Positions 1 through 10,109 of a stretch of DNA of 64,000 nucleotides are shown here, piece after piece. Origin of the DNA: Malacoraja senta (Eukaryota). Numbering within the stretch: position 1 is the stretch's first letter; each line of letters begins with the position of its first letter. The stretch is taken from the NCBI GenBank assembly GCA_038087875.1, contig CM075988.1, forward strand, positions 3,224,001 to 3,288,000. Reading direction: 5' to 3'. The notes beneath the pieces were generated by a model. The model was not told where the DNA came from. It ran no database searches and saw only the letters and a program-made list of their open reading frames with translations. Position numbers and translations under genes: made by a program.

Positions 1-247
1 AATTGCTCAGTCAAGTCCTGGTCTGGCCATTTAACATCTGAGTGATATTCAGCGTGGCTGATGCCTCTCGCTGAGGAATAGCGTCATAAAAATGAAGCTT
101 TAACATCAAGGACCAGAGGTGATGAGTTAAATTCATAGCCAACATCAATTTAGCAAAGATGTTCTCTAAGCTCCAGTCTCATTATTCATTTATGCGGCAG
201 TTGTTGCTAGTAAACTAAGCATCTATTACTCATCTTAGCCTCCCTTC

Positions 248-800
248 CTTGCTCGGCGAGACCAAGCGCAGGCTCGGCGATCATTTCGCTGATCACCTCC
301 GCTCAGTCCGCCTAAACCTACCTGATCTGCCGATTGCTAAACACTTTAACTCCCCCTCCCATTCCCACTCTGACCTTTCTGTCCTGGGCCTCCTCCATTG
401 TCAGAGTGAGGTCCAGTGCAAATTGGAGGAACAGCACCTCATATTTTGCTTGCGCAGCTCACACCCCAGCAGTATGAACATTCACGTCTCTAACTTCAAA
501 TAGCCCTTGCTTTCCCTCTCTCTCTATCCCTTCCCCATGCTAGTTCTCCCACCAGTCTGACTCTCTTCATTCACATTTTATCTCTATGTTTCGTCTTCAC
601 CTTCCAATGGCTAACAATGATCTATTCTACATTTTCCTTGATCGGCATCTCCTTTCATGTCTCATTTTCACACCCTACCCTTCCTTATCTCTGTGTCTCA
701 CCTGACAGTATGAAGAAGGGTCTCGACCCGAAAGGTCACCCATTCCTTCTCTCCACAGATACTGCTTGGCCCGCTGGGTTACTCCAGTATTTTGTGTCAA
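248..800 (+). mobile_element. Penelope-like element 3' fragment (GIY-YIG endonuclease C-terminus, pyrimidine-rich tail, degenerate hammerhead repeat)
   Basis: ORF 249-503 reads GETKRRLGDHFADHLRSVR...HFNSPSHSHSDLSVLGLLHCQSE..KLEEQHLIF, a PLE-type GIY-YIG C-terminus. It is followed by (c>a)TGAAGAAGGGTCTCGACCCGAAAGGTC at ~710-738. Confidence 0.85.
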
Positions 801-902
801 CCTCCCGTCCTCCTCTCTCTTTCCTGTGTCCCTCCCACCTCAGTGAGCACCCATCTCCTGTCCCTTTCTCCCATCCCCTTCCATCTATATCCTTCCCTTC
901 TC

Positions 903-1192
903 CCATCGGCAAAAGGTATAGAAGTATGAAAATGCACACCTCAAGTTCCTCTTCCCAGCTGTTATCAGGCAACTTAACCATCCTAACTACCTCATTTGGT
1001 GACCCTCGGACTATCCTTGATCGGACTTAGCTGGCTTTACCTTGCACTAAATGTTATTCCCTTATCATGTATCTATACACAGTAAAGGGCTCAATTGTTA
1101 TCATGTATTGTCTTTCTGCTGACTGGATAGCACGCAGCAAAAGCTTTTCATTTTACCTCCGTACACGTGAGAATAAATTAAACCGAACTGAA
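903..1192 (+). mobile_element. Rex1/Babar-like LINE 3' end fragment
   Basis: GKRYRSMKMHT then PAVIRQLN-type C-terminus; 3' UTR ends in AATAAA plus a short tandem tail. The same family occurs on the minus strand at 35410-35835. Confidence 0.6.
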
Positions 1193-1310
1193 TTTACATG
1201 ACATGCAGTGTGTAGGAAGGAACTGCAGATGCTGGTTTAAACTGAAGATAGACACAAAAAGCTGGAGTAACTCAGTGGGTCAGGCAGCATCTCTGGAGAA
1301 AAGGAATAGG

Positions 1311-1338
1311 TACGTTTCGGGTCGAGACCCTTCTTCAG
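1311..1338 (-). ncRNA. Minimal hammerhead ribozyme motif in a PLE-derived short repeat (intact example)
   Basis: Minus strand reads CTGAAGA-A-GGGTC-TC-GACCC-GAAAC-GTA: CUGANGA and GAAA cores, a 5-bp stem II, a palindromic ACGU stem III and an NUH triplet. Confidence 0.65.
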
Positions 1339-3120
1339 ACCTGACATCCATTTGTCTCCTTGCCTCATTTTAGTCCACTTCTGTCACTCTTTTGTCTTCC
1401 TCACGTCAAACCTTCTGTTTATCAAATCCCCCCTCAACTGTATCCACCTATCACTCACCAGACATTGCCAGGCCCTTGCCTCTTTTCCAGCTTTCAACCC
1501 ACCACCGCAATGAGTCTGGAGAAGGGTCTCTCCTGAGTTATCCCTTGTCTATTCCCTCCACAGATGGTCAATAGCCATTGGTGCTTTATTTGTCAAATAT
1601 GTAACTGCACAGTGAAATTATTTTTGCATATATTACACATGCGGGCGCTGCCATTTTTGGTGCCATCATTCAAAGTGCAAAGTCCAGTCGGCCCACGCGC
1701 TCAATATACTGGAGCAGTTCCCACGAACCGACATCCCTCTCCTCTCCTCTCCCCATTGGCCACCTTTGTGTCCCGGGAGCGCCCCCTGCAGTCGACTTTG
1801 AAGGCGCTGGAGGCATTACCCCAGTTCACCTTCCTCCTCAGGCCTGATGCCTGACCCGCTGAGTTACTCCAGCACTTTGTGGTTTGCCCAAGATTCCAGT
1901 GTCTGCAGTTCCTTGTGTTCCCATTGATAAGTGGTGACAAGTACCTTAACTCAGTAATGCCGATGAGATGAATATTTTGGTTAATGACTGCCTGGGCTCT
2001 TTCCAAACAATGTTTTTTTGTATGAGGTCACCTGCGGAAGAGGTAATGGACTTCACTTGGAGTCACAAGGAACTGCAGATGCTGGTTTTCTAAAAAACGG
2101 CACAAAGTGCTGGAGTAACCAGGCAAAATCGCTGGAGAACATGGATAGGCAATGTTTCGGGTCTGAGGAAGGGTCCCTATCCATGTCCAGAGATGCTGCC
2201 TGATCCACTGAGTTACTCCAACATTTTGTGTCTTTTTTCAAAAGGACTTCACTGTACCTTCACAAAAAGTAAGTGGGTTTACCTTTGAAGTGGATTTAAA
2301 AAATCTAAATAAACATTATTCAGGATAAAAAATAAGTGCCAAACAAGAACTGTGCAAAGTTCCTCCGGCATTCTCCGTGACTATACATACATCCGTTAGT
2401 GTTGTATTTGGTAGTGTCCCCAAAAACTATAATTATAGCCTGCATGCGAATAAGCACAGTGAACTTGCATGTTATAAAGGATAGCGTGAGGAAGATTGTG
2501 TTTTCCACCAAATATGTCAGTTTGTAAGGAAGCACACGATTAGAGATAAGAGGAGGCCTCCTCAAGGAATGTTGTGATTGGAGATAATAGGCCTGTTGGT
2601 GTAACTCCATGGTAACCAGAGCCGTAACTAAACAACGGGATTCTTTAGGCATGAGACAACAAGGCAGATATTTGGAGTCAGTTTAAAGCCGGAAATCTCA
2701 GATATGTCTGGCCACAATGTTTTCGGGAGTTAGTCCACTGTGGTACATGGATAAAAATCCCTTACCTGTGAGGGAAGGAACTGCAGATGTTGGTTTAAAC
2801 TGAAGATAGAAACAAAATGCTGGAGTAACTTAGCGTTATATTTGATAGTGTCCCCAAAAACCATAATTATAGCCTGCATGCACATAAGCACAGTGAACGT
2901 GCATGTTATAAAGGATAGGCACAAAAAGCTGGAGTAACTCAGAGGGACAGGCAGCATCTCTGGAGAGAAGGAATAGGCAACGTTTCTGGTTGATACCCTT
3001 CTTCAGACTGAGTCGGGGGAAAGGGAAATGAGAGATATCGACTGCATTATAGAGAGAAAGAACAAATAAACGAAAGATATGCAAAAAAGTAATGATGATA
3101 AAGGAATCCTTTACCTTATC

Positions 3121-3282
3121 TCTAACATGCGTATGGACATACCAATGTCTAACATGCGTATGGACATACCAATGTCTAACATGCATATGGACATACCAAT
3201 GTCTAACATGCGTATGGACATGCCAATGTCTAACATGCGCATGGACATGCCAATGTCTAACATGCGTATGGACATGCCAATG
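3121..3282 (+). repeat. 27-bp minisatellite, 6 copies
   Basis: Unit TCTAACATGCGTATGGACAT(A/G)CCAATG is read six times. The first three copies have A and the last three have G at the variable position. Confidence 0.95.
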
Positions 3283-3526
3283 CTTTGTGCAAGTGAAGAA
3301 AGAGTGAATCTCACTGGTATGCATCTGAAGAAGGGTCTCAACCCGAAACGTCACGCATTCCTTCTCTCCAGAGATGCAGTCTGTCCCGCTGAGTTACTAC
3401 AGCATTTTGTGTCTATCCTCACTGATAAGTGTCAGGCAGCATTTCTGGAGAACATTGATAGGTGGACTTTCAGGTCACCTCCCTCTCCTTCCTTGAGGTG
3501 AAAGGTCGATTGAATAAATATTCAAC

Positions 3527-3601
3527 TACGGGGACTATGGATCAGCGTTCTCGTCACGCCCCCCGTCAGTACCCAGGCTCGCCTGGGGAAGCCAATGATC
3601 C
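3527..3601 (+). ncRNA. HDV-like self-cleaving ribozyme at the 5' end of the Vingi-like element
   Basis: P1 ACGGGG(3528-33)/CCCCGT(3561-66); P2 GGATCA(3539-44)/TGATCC(3596-3601); P3 GCG/CGC with L3 TTCTCGTCA; P4 CCCAGG/CCTGGG; J4/2 G-C3592-CAA. P1.1 and the first P1 pair are degenerate. Confidence 0.65.
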
Positions 3602-3953
3602 TTCCAGCAGACTAAATTCTACAAGACGACGCCTGAGAGCCAAGTCAAAGAATCCTAGTCATTATCCCAAAGCCGAAAGCAGCAACAACGACCAGCCTCA
3701 AGAGCACATAGCAGTTGGACCTGCTCTCCGAATACTGAAGGCCTCTCTGCAGCCAAGCGACGCCTCATCGAAGTCCTCGCCCACCAACACTCCATTGACG
3801 TCATCTGTCTCCAAGAGACTAAGCAGTGGACGACGATTCAGGACTGGACATGGCCCCTGCTTGGCCAGCCTTCACAAATGGGGCAGCAGCCCAACCCCAC
3901 GGTGTGATCAAGAGGCAACTGCTTGGCTAAAGGACTTTGCATTCACTAAATAA
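3527..3953 (+). mobile_element. Internally deleted non-autonomous Vingi/Ingi-like non-LTR retroposon
   Basis: 3731-3820 translates as NTEGLSAAKRRLIEVLAHQHSIDVICLQET (APE endonuclease N-terminus). This is joined almost directly to RFRTGHGPCLASLHKWG...CD..ATAWL (Ingi/Vingi-type C-terminus), then a TAAA tail. Flanking duplication AATAAATATT at 3513-3522 and 3954-3963. Confidence 0.75.
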
Positions 3954-4179
3954 AATAAATATTTATCCTTGAGCTAGAACATAGAACATGAACCAGAACA
4001 GGACATCCCATCTGCCTGTACATTAAGGGTACCCTTCAAGAAGGGTCTTGACCCGAAACATTCCCCTGAGATGCTATCTGATCCGCTGAGTTACTCCAGA
4101 TTTTCATGTCTGTCTTCGGTTTAAACCAGCATCTGCAGTTCCTTCCTACACATTTCGTCAGAACCATATCAGTCCACTT

Positions 4180-4468
4180 TTTGCATTTTGGATAGTCCAT
4201 TTCATGCCCCTTACTATCTGCCTACACCACCACTCCTGGCAGCATTTCCAGGCACCCAGCACCAGCTGATGTACCAAAAACATGCCCTGCACATCTTTTC
4301 TAAACTTTAAGGTTATGCCCTCTAGTCTTTGACATTTCCACCCGAGGGAAAAGGTTCTGTCTATGCTATCTATCCCTCTGTTAATCTTGCGTACTTCTAT
4401 CAGGACTCACCTCAACATCTGCCACTCCAGAGAAATCAATCCAAATGTTTCCAAACTCTCCTTGTAAC
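4180..4468 (-). mobile_element. Old CR1-type LINE 3' fragment
   Basis: Diverged match to the CR1 ORF2 C-terminal region seen in better-preserved copies such as 25600-26000. Confidence 0.55.
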
Positions 4469-4469
4469 T

Positions 4470-4680
4470 TAGTTTAGGTCAGAGATACAGCGTGCAAACA
4501 GGCCTTTCGGCACACCGAGTCCGCACCGACCAGCGATCCCCGCACACTAACAGTACCCTACACACACTAGGGACACTTTACACATATACCAAGCCAATTA
4601 ACCTACAAACCTGTACGTCTTTGGAATGTTGGAGGAAACAGAAGATCTCGGAGAAAACCCACGCAGTCACGGGGAGAATC
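4470..4680 (-). mobile_element. HE1/V-SINE-type SINE, 3' half
   Basis: Reverse complement of the SINE body (GGTTTCCTCC..CATTCCAAAGACGTACAGGTTTGTAGG) and of the GAAAGGCCTGTTT..CTGTATCTCT tail. Confidence 0.8.
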
Positions 4681-4845
4681 TGTCCATGTTACGAGTGGGG
4701 GGAGGGGGAGTAACAGCGGAGCTGCGGGATATCGAGGAGACCCTACTGAGAGCCTCATCTGTAATGGAAGAGGGGAATCCCCGTTCCCTAAAGAATGAGA
4801 GCATCTCCGATGCCCTGGTATGGAAAAACTCATCCTGGGCGCTGA
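4681..4845 (-). mobile_element. Penelope-like element ORF fragment
   Basis: AQDEFFHTRASEMLSFFRERGFPSSITDEALSRVSSISR matches the PLE copies at 37389-37890 and 50779-51750. Confidence 0.8.
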
Positions 4846-4927
4846 GGGTAGCGCACAGTCTCTTGCCCAGAGTAGTAGAATCGAGGACCAGAGGACATCG
4901 GTTCAAGGTGAAAAGATTTAATAGGAA

Positions 4928-5913
4928 CTAGACTAAGTGGGACCTTGGGTCCCTGTCACACGGGGGGAGGGGGGGGGGGACTAGGGACCGGAGAGGAGAT
5001 ATGGAGGGAGGGAGAGAGTGACTGAAGGTAGGTTGTTTGGGGGTTTTTGGGTTGAAGTAAAATGGCAGTGCAAATGGATGTTTGGGGGGTGGGGGTTGGG
5101 GTTGAAGTAAAAAGGCAGTGCAAATGGTTGTTTGGTTTTTTTGGGGGTTGAAGAAAAAAGGCAGTGCAAATGGTTGGGTGACATTTTTACTTCAACCCAC
5201 CCCCCCCCCCCCCCCCCCCACAACAATCATTTGCACTGCCTTTTTACTTCAACCCAAAACAAACCCCAAACAACCATTTGCAGTCTTTTTACTTCAACCC
5301 CAAAAAAAACCAAACAATCATTTGCACTGCCTTTTTACTTCAACCCAAACCCCCCCCAAACAAACATTTGCACTGCCTTTTTACTTCAACCCAAACCCCC
5401 CCCCAAACAACCATTTGCACTGCCTTTTTACTTCAACCCAAACCCCCCCCAAACAACCATTTGCAGTGCGTTTTTACTTCAACCCCCAAAAAAACCAAAC
5501 AACCATTTGCACTGCCTTTTTACATCAAACCAACCATATTTTCATTTTCAAACCACATTAAGGGCACTCACAGTTGAGTAGACATGTGTTCAGTGTTATT
5601 CAGAGCTCAGAGAGACGTGAACCTCTCGCTTCCTCCATCTTGCAGAGACTGAGTGAGGCACACCACTTCCGGGTTTTATAGTCCCTCCCCCCTCCCACCA
5701 GCAGGGGCAGCAGAGAGAATGGCAACATTTTTTAAAACATTAATATATCTCTGATTTTTCATCGATGGGAAAAATCCTCCAGTCCTGGCAGGCGGAGGGG
5801 GGCTCTGAGCGAGGTGGCCAATAATGACGGCCATAGATGGCGGCGCTCTCTCGGAAATCACAGCACAGCAAGCCATAAGCGGTCAAGATCAGACTTTTAG
5901 TAATATAGATAGA
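4928..5913 (-). mobile_element. Non-autonomous Helitron, both termini present
   Basis: The minus strand starts TCTATCTATATTACTAAAAG and ends with hairpin GGGACC-CAA-GGTCCC (4939-4953) followed by ACTTAGTCTAG. It is inserted between A and T with no TSD; removing it restores AATAGGAA|TTTGAGGGG of the host CR1. Confidence 0.85.
5030..5525. repeat. ~45-bp minisatellite in inverted arrangement inside the Helitron
   Basis: About 3 copies of GGGTTGAAGTAAAA.GGCAGTGCAAATGG (5030-5180) face about 7 reverse-complement copies TTTTACTTCAACCC...CATTTGCACTGCC (5183-5525). Confidence 0.9.
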
Positions 5914-7204
5914 TTTGAGGGGAAACTTTTTCACACAAAGAGTGGTGGGTGTATGGATCAAGCTGCCAGAGGAGGTAGTTGAGGCAGGAACTATCCCAAC
6001 ATTTAAGAAACAGTTAGTCAGATATATGGATAGGACAGGTTTGGAGGGATATGGACCAAGCGCAGGCAGGTGGGACCAGTGTAGCTGGAACATGTTGGCC
6101 AGTGTGGGCAAGTTGGGCCAAAGGGCCTGTTTCCACACTGTCTCACTCGATGAATCTATTTTCAATCCTTCATTTTCTCATTTCCTCATGGACTTCAATC
6201 ATCTGGCAACAAAGAAATATACTGGAGATGCAGCAAGCAATTAGCTTCCTAATTCCTTGCCACATCTCCAAGTATATTTCTGTCTGAAGAGACTCCAGAG
6301 ATGCCGCCTGACCCAATGTCTGCTCCAGCACTTTGCATTCCATGTAAGATTGCAGCATCTGCAGTTCCTTGTCATTGAGCCAAATAGCATTGTAATAAGC
6401 CCTTACAGCCAACTAGTCTGTGTAAACCATGATGCCCCATCTACACTCTCTATCTCTCAGCAATGTCCAGATGCCTTTGAAGATCAATGTTTGCCAACCT
6501 CTCACCATTTGGTACATACTTATTATTTCTAATTTGTGTAGAACCTCACATTTGCCACAGAGTGCTCCATCTCCCCCATTGTTGTCCTCCTTGATCTGCA
6601 TCTTTTTTGATGTCTCGTTTCGACACCTTCCTTATCGCTGTATCTCCCTCCTCTGATTTTCAGTCTGAATAAAGGTCTCGACCCAAAACGTCCCCAATAG
6701 CTGCCTGTCTCACTGAGTTACTCCAGCATTTTGTGTCTATCTTGCACTAAATGTGATTCCCTTTATCAGGTATCTATCTGTACACTGTGGACAGCTCGAT
6801 TGGAATCATGTTTAGCTTTCCGCAGACTGGTTAGCATGCAACAAAAGCTTTTCATTGTTTCTCGGTACTTGTTACAATAAACTAAACTAAACCTTTTTAC
6901 ACAGAGGGTGATGAGTACCTGGAGCCCGCTGCCAGGGTGGTGGTTGAAGCAGATACGATGGTGGTTTAAGAGACTTTAGGACAGGCGCATGGAAAGGCAG
7001 GGAATGGAGAGATACTGGTCATGCACAAGTAGATAAGATAAGATAAGTCTTGGCATTATGTTCAGCACAGACATTGTGGCCTGAAGGGCCTATTCTTGTG
7101 CTATACTGTTCTATGGTCGATGCTCTATATAATAAATAACGGAAAATGCTGGAAAAGCCCAGCAAGTCACATGGAGAGAAGAGCAGAGTTAATGTTTCTG
7201 CATT

Positions 7205-8095
7205 ATATACCCTTAGACCATGACCCCACAGACGAGCACCAGGCCTTAATCTCAAGCACCATTACTGACTTCAACTCTTCCGGCTCTCTGCCCCCTAAAG
7301 CCTCCAACCTTATCATTTCCCAGCCCCGCACGGCCCGATTTTATCTTCTCCCCAAAATCCACAAACAGAACTGTCCTGGCGGACCCATTGTTTCTGCTTG
7401 TTCATGCCCCACCGAATTAATTTCCACATACCTCGACTCCATCCTATCCCCCCCTGGTCCAATCCCTCCCTACCTATGTCCAAGATGAATCACATGCTCT
7501 TCGTCTCTTCAATGACTTTCGTTTTCCAGGCCCCCACTCCCTCATCTTCACCACGGATGTCCAGTCACTCTACACCTCCATCCCCCACCAGGAGGGTCTT
7601 AAAGGCCTTTGTTTCTTCCTCGACCACAGAACCAGCCAATTTCCGACTACTAATACTCTCCTCACCTAATGGAGCTGGCCCTTTACCCTCAACAAGTCTC
7701 TTTCGACTCCTCCCACTTCCTCCAAATCCAAGGCGTAGCTATGGGCACTCACATGGGCCGCCTGTCTCTTTGTAGGGTACATTGAACAATCCCTGTTCCA
7801 GACCCTATCCCCGAACTCTACCTCCACTACATTGACGACTGCATCAGTGCTACCTCCTGCACCCATGCAGAACTCAGAAACTTCATCAACTTCACTACCA
7901 ATTTCCATCCTACACTCAAATACACTTGGACCATCTCCGACATCTCCCTACTGTTTCTACATCTCACCATCTCCATCACAGGAAACTGACTATTGACCGA
8001 CATCTACTCCAAACCGTCTGACTCCCATAGCTATCTTGATTACACTCTTCCCACCATGCTTCTTGTAAAGACTCTATCCCCTACTCCCAATTCCT
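7205..8095 (+). mobile_element. Penelope-like element reverse transcriptase region (frameshifted)
   Basis: Across frames: PRTARFYLLPKIHK..CPGGPIVSACSCPTE, FTTDVQSLYTSIPHQEGL, QGVAMG, YIDDC, DIYSKPSDSHSYLDY, which are PLE-type RT motifs. Confidence 0.9.
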
Positions 8096-9172
8096 GTTAG
8101 CGCGGTTTCAAAATCGTAAAATGCCAGGCATGCGCAGATCCTCTCCTGCCAGTCATCTCCTCTCCTGTCGCTCTCCGGGACGGTCCGCCCCTTCCTGCGC
8201 CATTGCCTCTTTACTGGAGCTGAGGGACGCTGTGGGCGGCCGGCAGAGGTCTCCAACCGGTCACGAATTTCGGAGGGACCGGCCCGGCCCGCATCGGAGA
8301 TGTTGCCAAACAGAAAACGGAGAGTCTGATCCCCGCGGAGGAGAGCGTCCAGCGTCCGCTGTGAGTCCCAAACACATTGCAATGCCCCACAGCTCCAGCC
8401 CCTTCCCCTCTGGTCCCCCTCGCTGGCTCCTGCCCCCCCTCCCCCATGATACCCCCCTCTCCCCCAAGGCTCTTCCCAGTCTTTTCTCCGAGCTCTTCCC
8501 TCCCCCCCCCCATCCACAAGCTGGCGCGACCGTAGCAGCTGGTGCTACCGGGCCGAGCCATGGATCCGAGGCATGACTGAGGGCACCGACGGCTGATGCT
8601 CCTCCGGGGCATGCAAGAAGGAAGAGGATCGAAAACCTTGAGATCCTGGGGATGGAGGGAGAGGAGGGGACTAGGGACTGGAGAGGAGGTATGGAGGGAG
8701 GGAGAGAGTGACTGAAGGTAGGGGAAAGGAGAGGGAGAGGGAGGTGAGGGGGGGTAGGGATTTGGGGAGGGGTGAGAGAGGGGGAAAGAAGGGAATGACT
8801 GATGGTAGGGAAAAGCAGAGGTGAGGGAGGGATTGGTGGAGGGTAGGAGAGGGAAAAGAAGAGGGAGGAGGTGAGGAGGGAGAGTGGGGGAGGAGGGGAG
8901 TAGAGGGAGAAGAGTAGGGGAGGTAGGGAGTCGGGAATAGAGGGAGAGGAAGGCAGTGGGGGAAGTGACCAGGGATAGTGGGGGGGATAGGGGAGGTGAG
9001 GAGTGGGGGAGGTGGGGGGTAGAGGGATGGGAGGGGGTAGGGGAGGGAGAGAGTTATGGAGGGTGGGAGTGACTGAAAGGAGAGGGAGAGAGAGAGGTGA
9101 GGGATTGGGGAGAGAGGGGAAAGAAGAGGAGGGTGAAGAGGGGGGGGAGGGGGGGGGGAGGGGAGTGCTAGG
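8096..9172 (+). mobile_element. Probable Helitron-family interior (CpG-rich block plus polypurine block), running into a gap
   Basis: 8665-8722 matches 4976-5032 of the Helitron. The purine tract matches 13400-13762, which leads to a Helitron-type hairpin. Confidence 0.5.
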
Positions 9173-9372
9173 NNNNNNNNNNNNNNNNNNNNNNNNNNNN
9201 NNNNNNNNNNNNNNNNNNNNNNNNNNNNNNNNNNNNNNNNNNNNNNNNNNNNNNNNNNNNNNNNNNNNNNNNNNNNNNNNNNNNNNNNNNNNNNNNNNNN
9301 NNNNNNNNNNNNNNNNNNNNNNNNNNNNNNNNNNNNNNNNNNNNNNNNNNNNNNNNNNNNNNNNNNNNNNNN
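9173..9372. other. Assembly gap (200 N)
   Basis: Run of exactly 200 N, probably a fixed-size placeholder of unknown true length. Confidence 0.99.
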
Positions 9373-10050
9373 AGGCGGGAGAGAGCCGGGTAACTGAGCG
9401 GAGCCGCAGCCCGTCCCCCGCCGCAGTCCCCCCGCGCCCGGCCCCGCCGCCCGCCCGCCCGGCTCCCTCATCTTGCACCGCCCCTCAATCACTACCCTTC
9501 ACTGTCACTGGCTCCCTCTATCCCGTCCCATCTAAGCCACCCCTCCCTGTCCCCCCTCTCTCTCGCCTTCCCTCCCTCTCTCTCCCCCCTCCCTCTCCCT
9601 CTCTCCCTCTCCCCCTGTCTTCCCCTCCCTCCCTCTCCCTCTCTCCCCCTCCCTCTCTCTCCCTCCCCCCTCCCATCCCTCCCTCCCTCCCTCCCTCTCC
9701 CCCCCCTCTCTCCCTCCCTCTCTCCCCCCCTCATCTCCCCCCCCCCCCCCGTGCTGTGGGCCGGGCTGCGACGCTTTCTCTTCCCGTGTAACGGTGCGTC
9801 CGCGCCCGCGGGCAGGAGCAGCTGCCCGTCCCGGGACCGTGAGCCGGAGCCGGCCGGGGGCAGTGAGTGAGTGAGTGAGTGAGCGCTGCTCCAGACAAGT
9901 ACACATGGGCGCCGCTACCCTTCCCCCATCCACCCCCTCTCCCTCCCTCCCACCCTCCCTCCCTCCCTCCCTCGCCCCGCTCCGTGACCGGCCAGCCCGG
10001 GGATTGAAGGCCGGCAGCATCTTGAACATGGCACGGGGAGATCGCCATTG
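9373..10050 (+). promoter_or_regulatory. CpG island / probable promoter and non-coding first exon(s) of an unidentified gene
   Basis: CpG-dense sequence not repeated elsewhere in the window, with CCCGCC GC-boxes. Candidate donors CGG|GTAACT (9390) and GCA|GTGAGT (9863); YY1-like AACATGGC at 10025-10032. Confidence 0.6.
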
Positions 10051-10109
10051 TGTGCGGGGGAGGGAGAGATTCTTTATGTTTTTGTCCATGTGGGAGAGAT
10101 GGGGCCCTC

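Larger units (their letters stand above)
4850..6150 (+). mobile_element. CR1/HER1-type LINE 3' end, split by a Helitron at 4928-5913
   Basis: LLPRVVESRTRGHRFKVKRFNRN (left part) continues as LRGNFFTQRVVGVWIKLPEEVVEAG (right part) and ends in the GGGCCAAAGGGCCTGTTTCC tail. Confidence 0.85.

Noticed and set aside
3121..3282. 27-bp repeats as a CRISPR array or a repeat-protein ORF (MDIPMSNMR)n
   Set aside because: The units are contiguous with no spacers and the context is eukaryotic with no cas genes. The ORFs arise only because the unit length is a multiple of 3.
8096..8640. CpG-rich block as the host promoter
   Set aside because: It is contiguous with sequence shared with the Helitron copies and abuts a truncated PLE, so it is more likely TE-derived, though this is not excluded.
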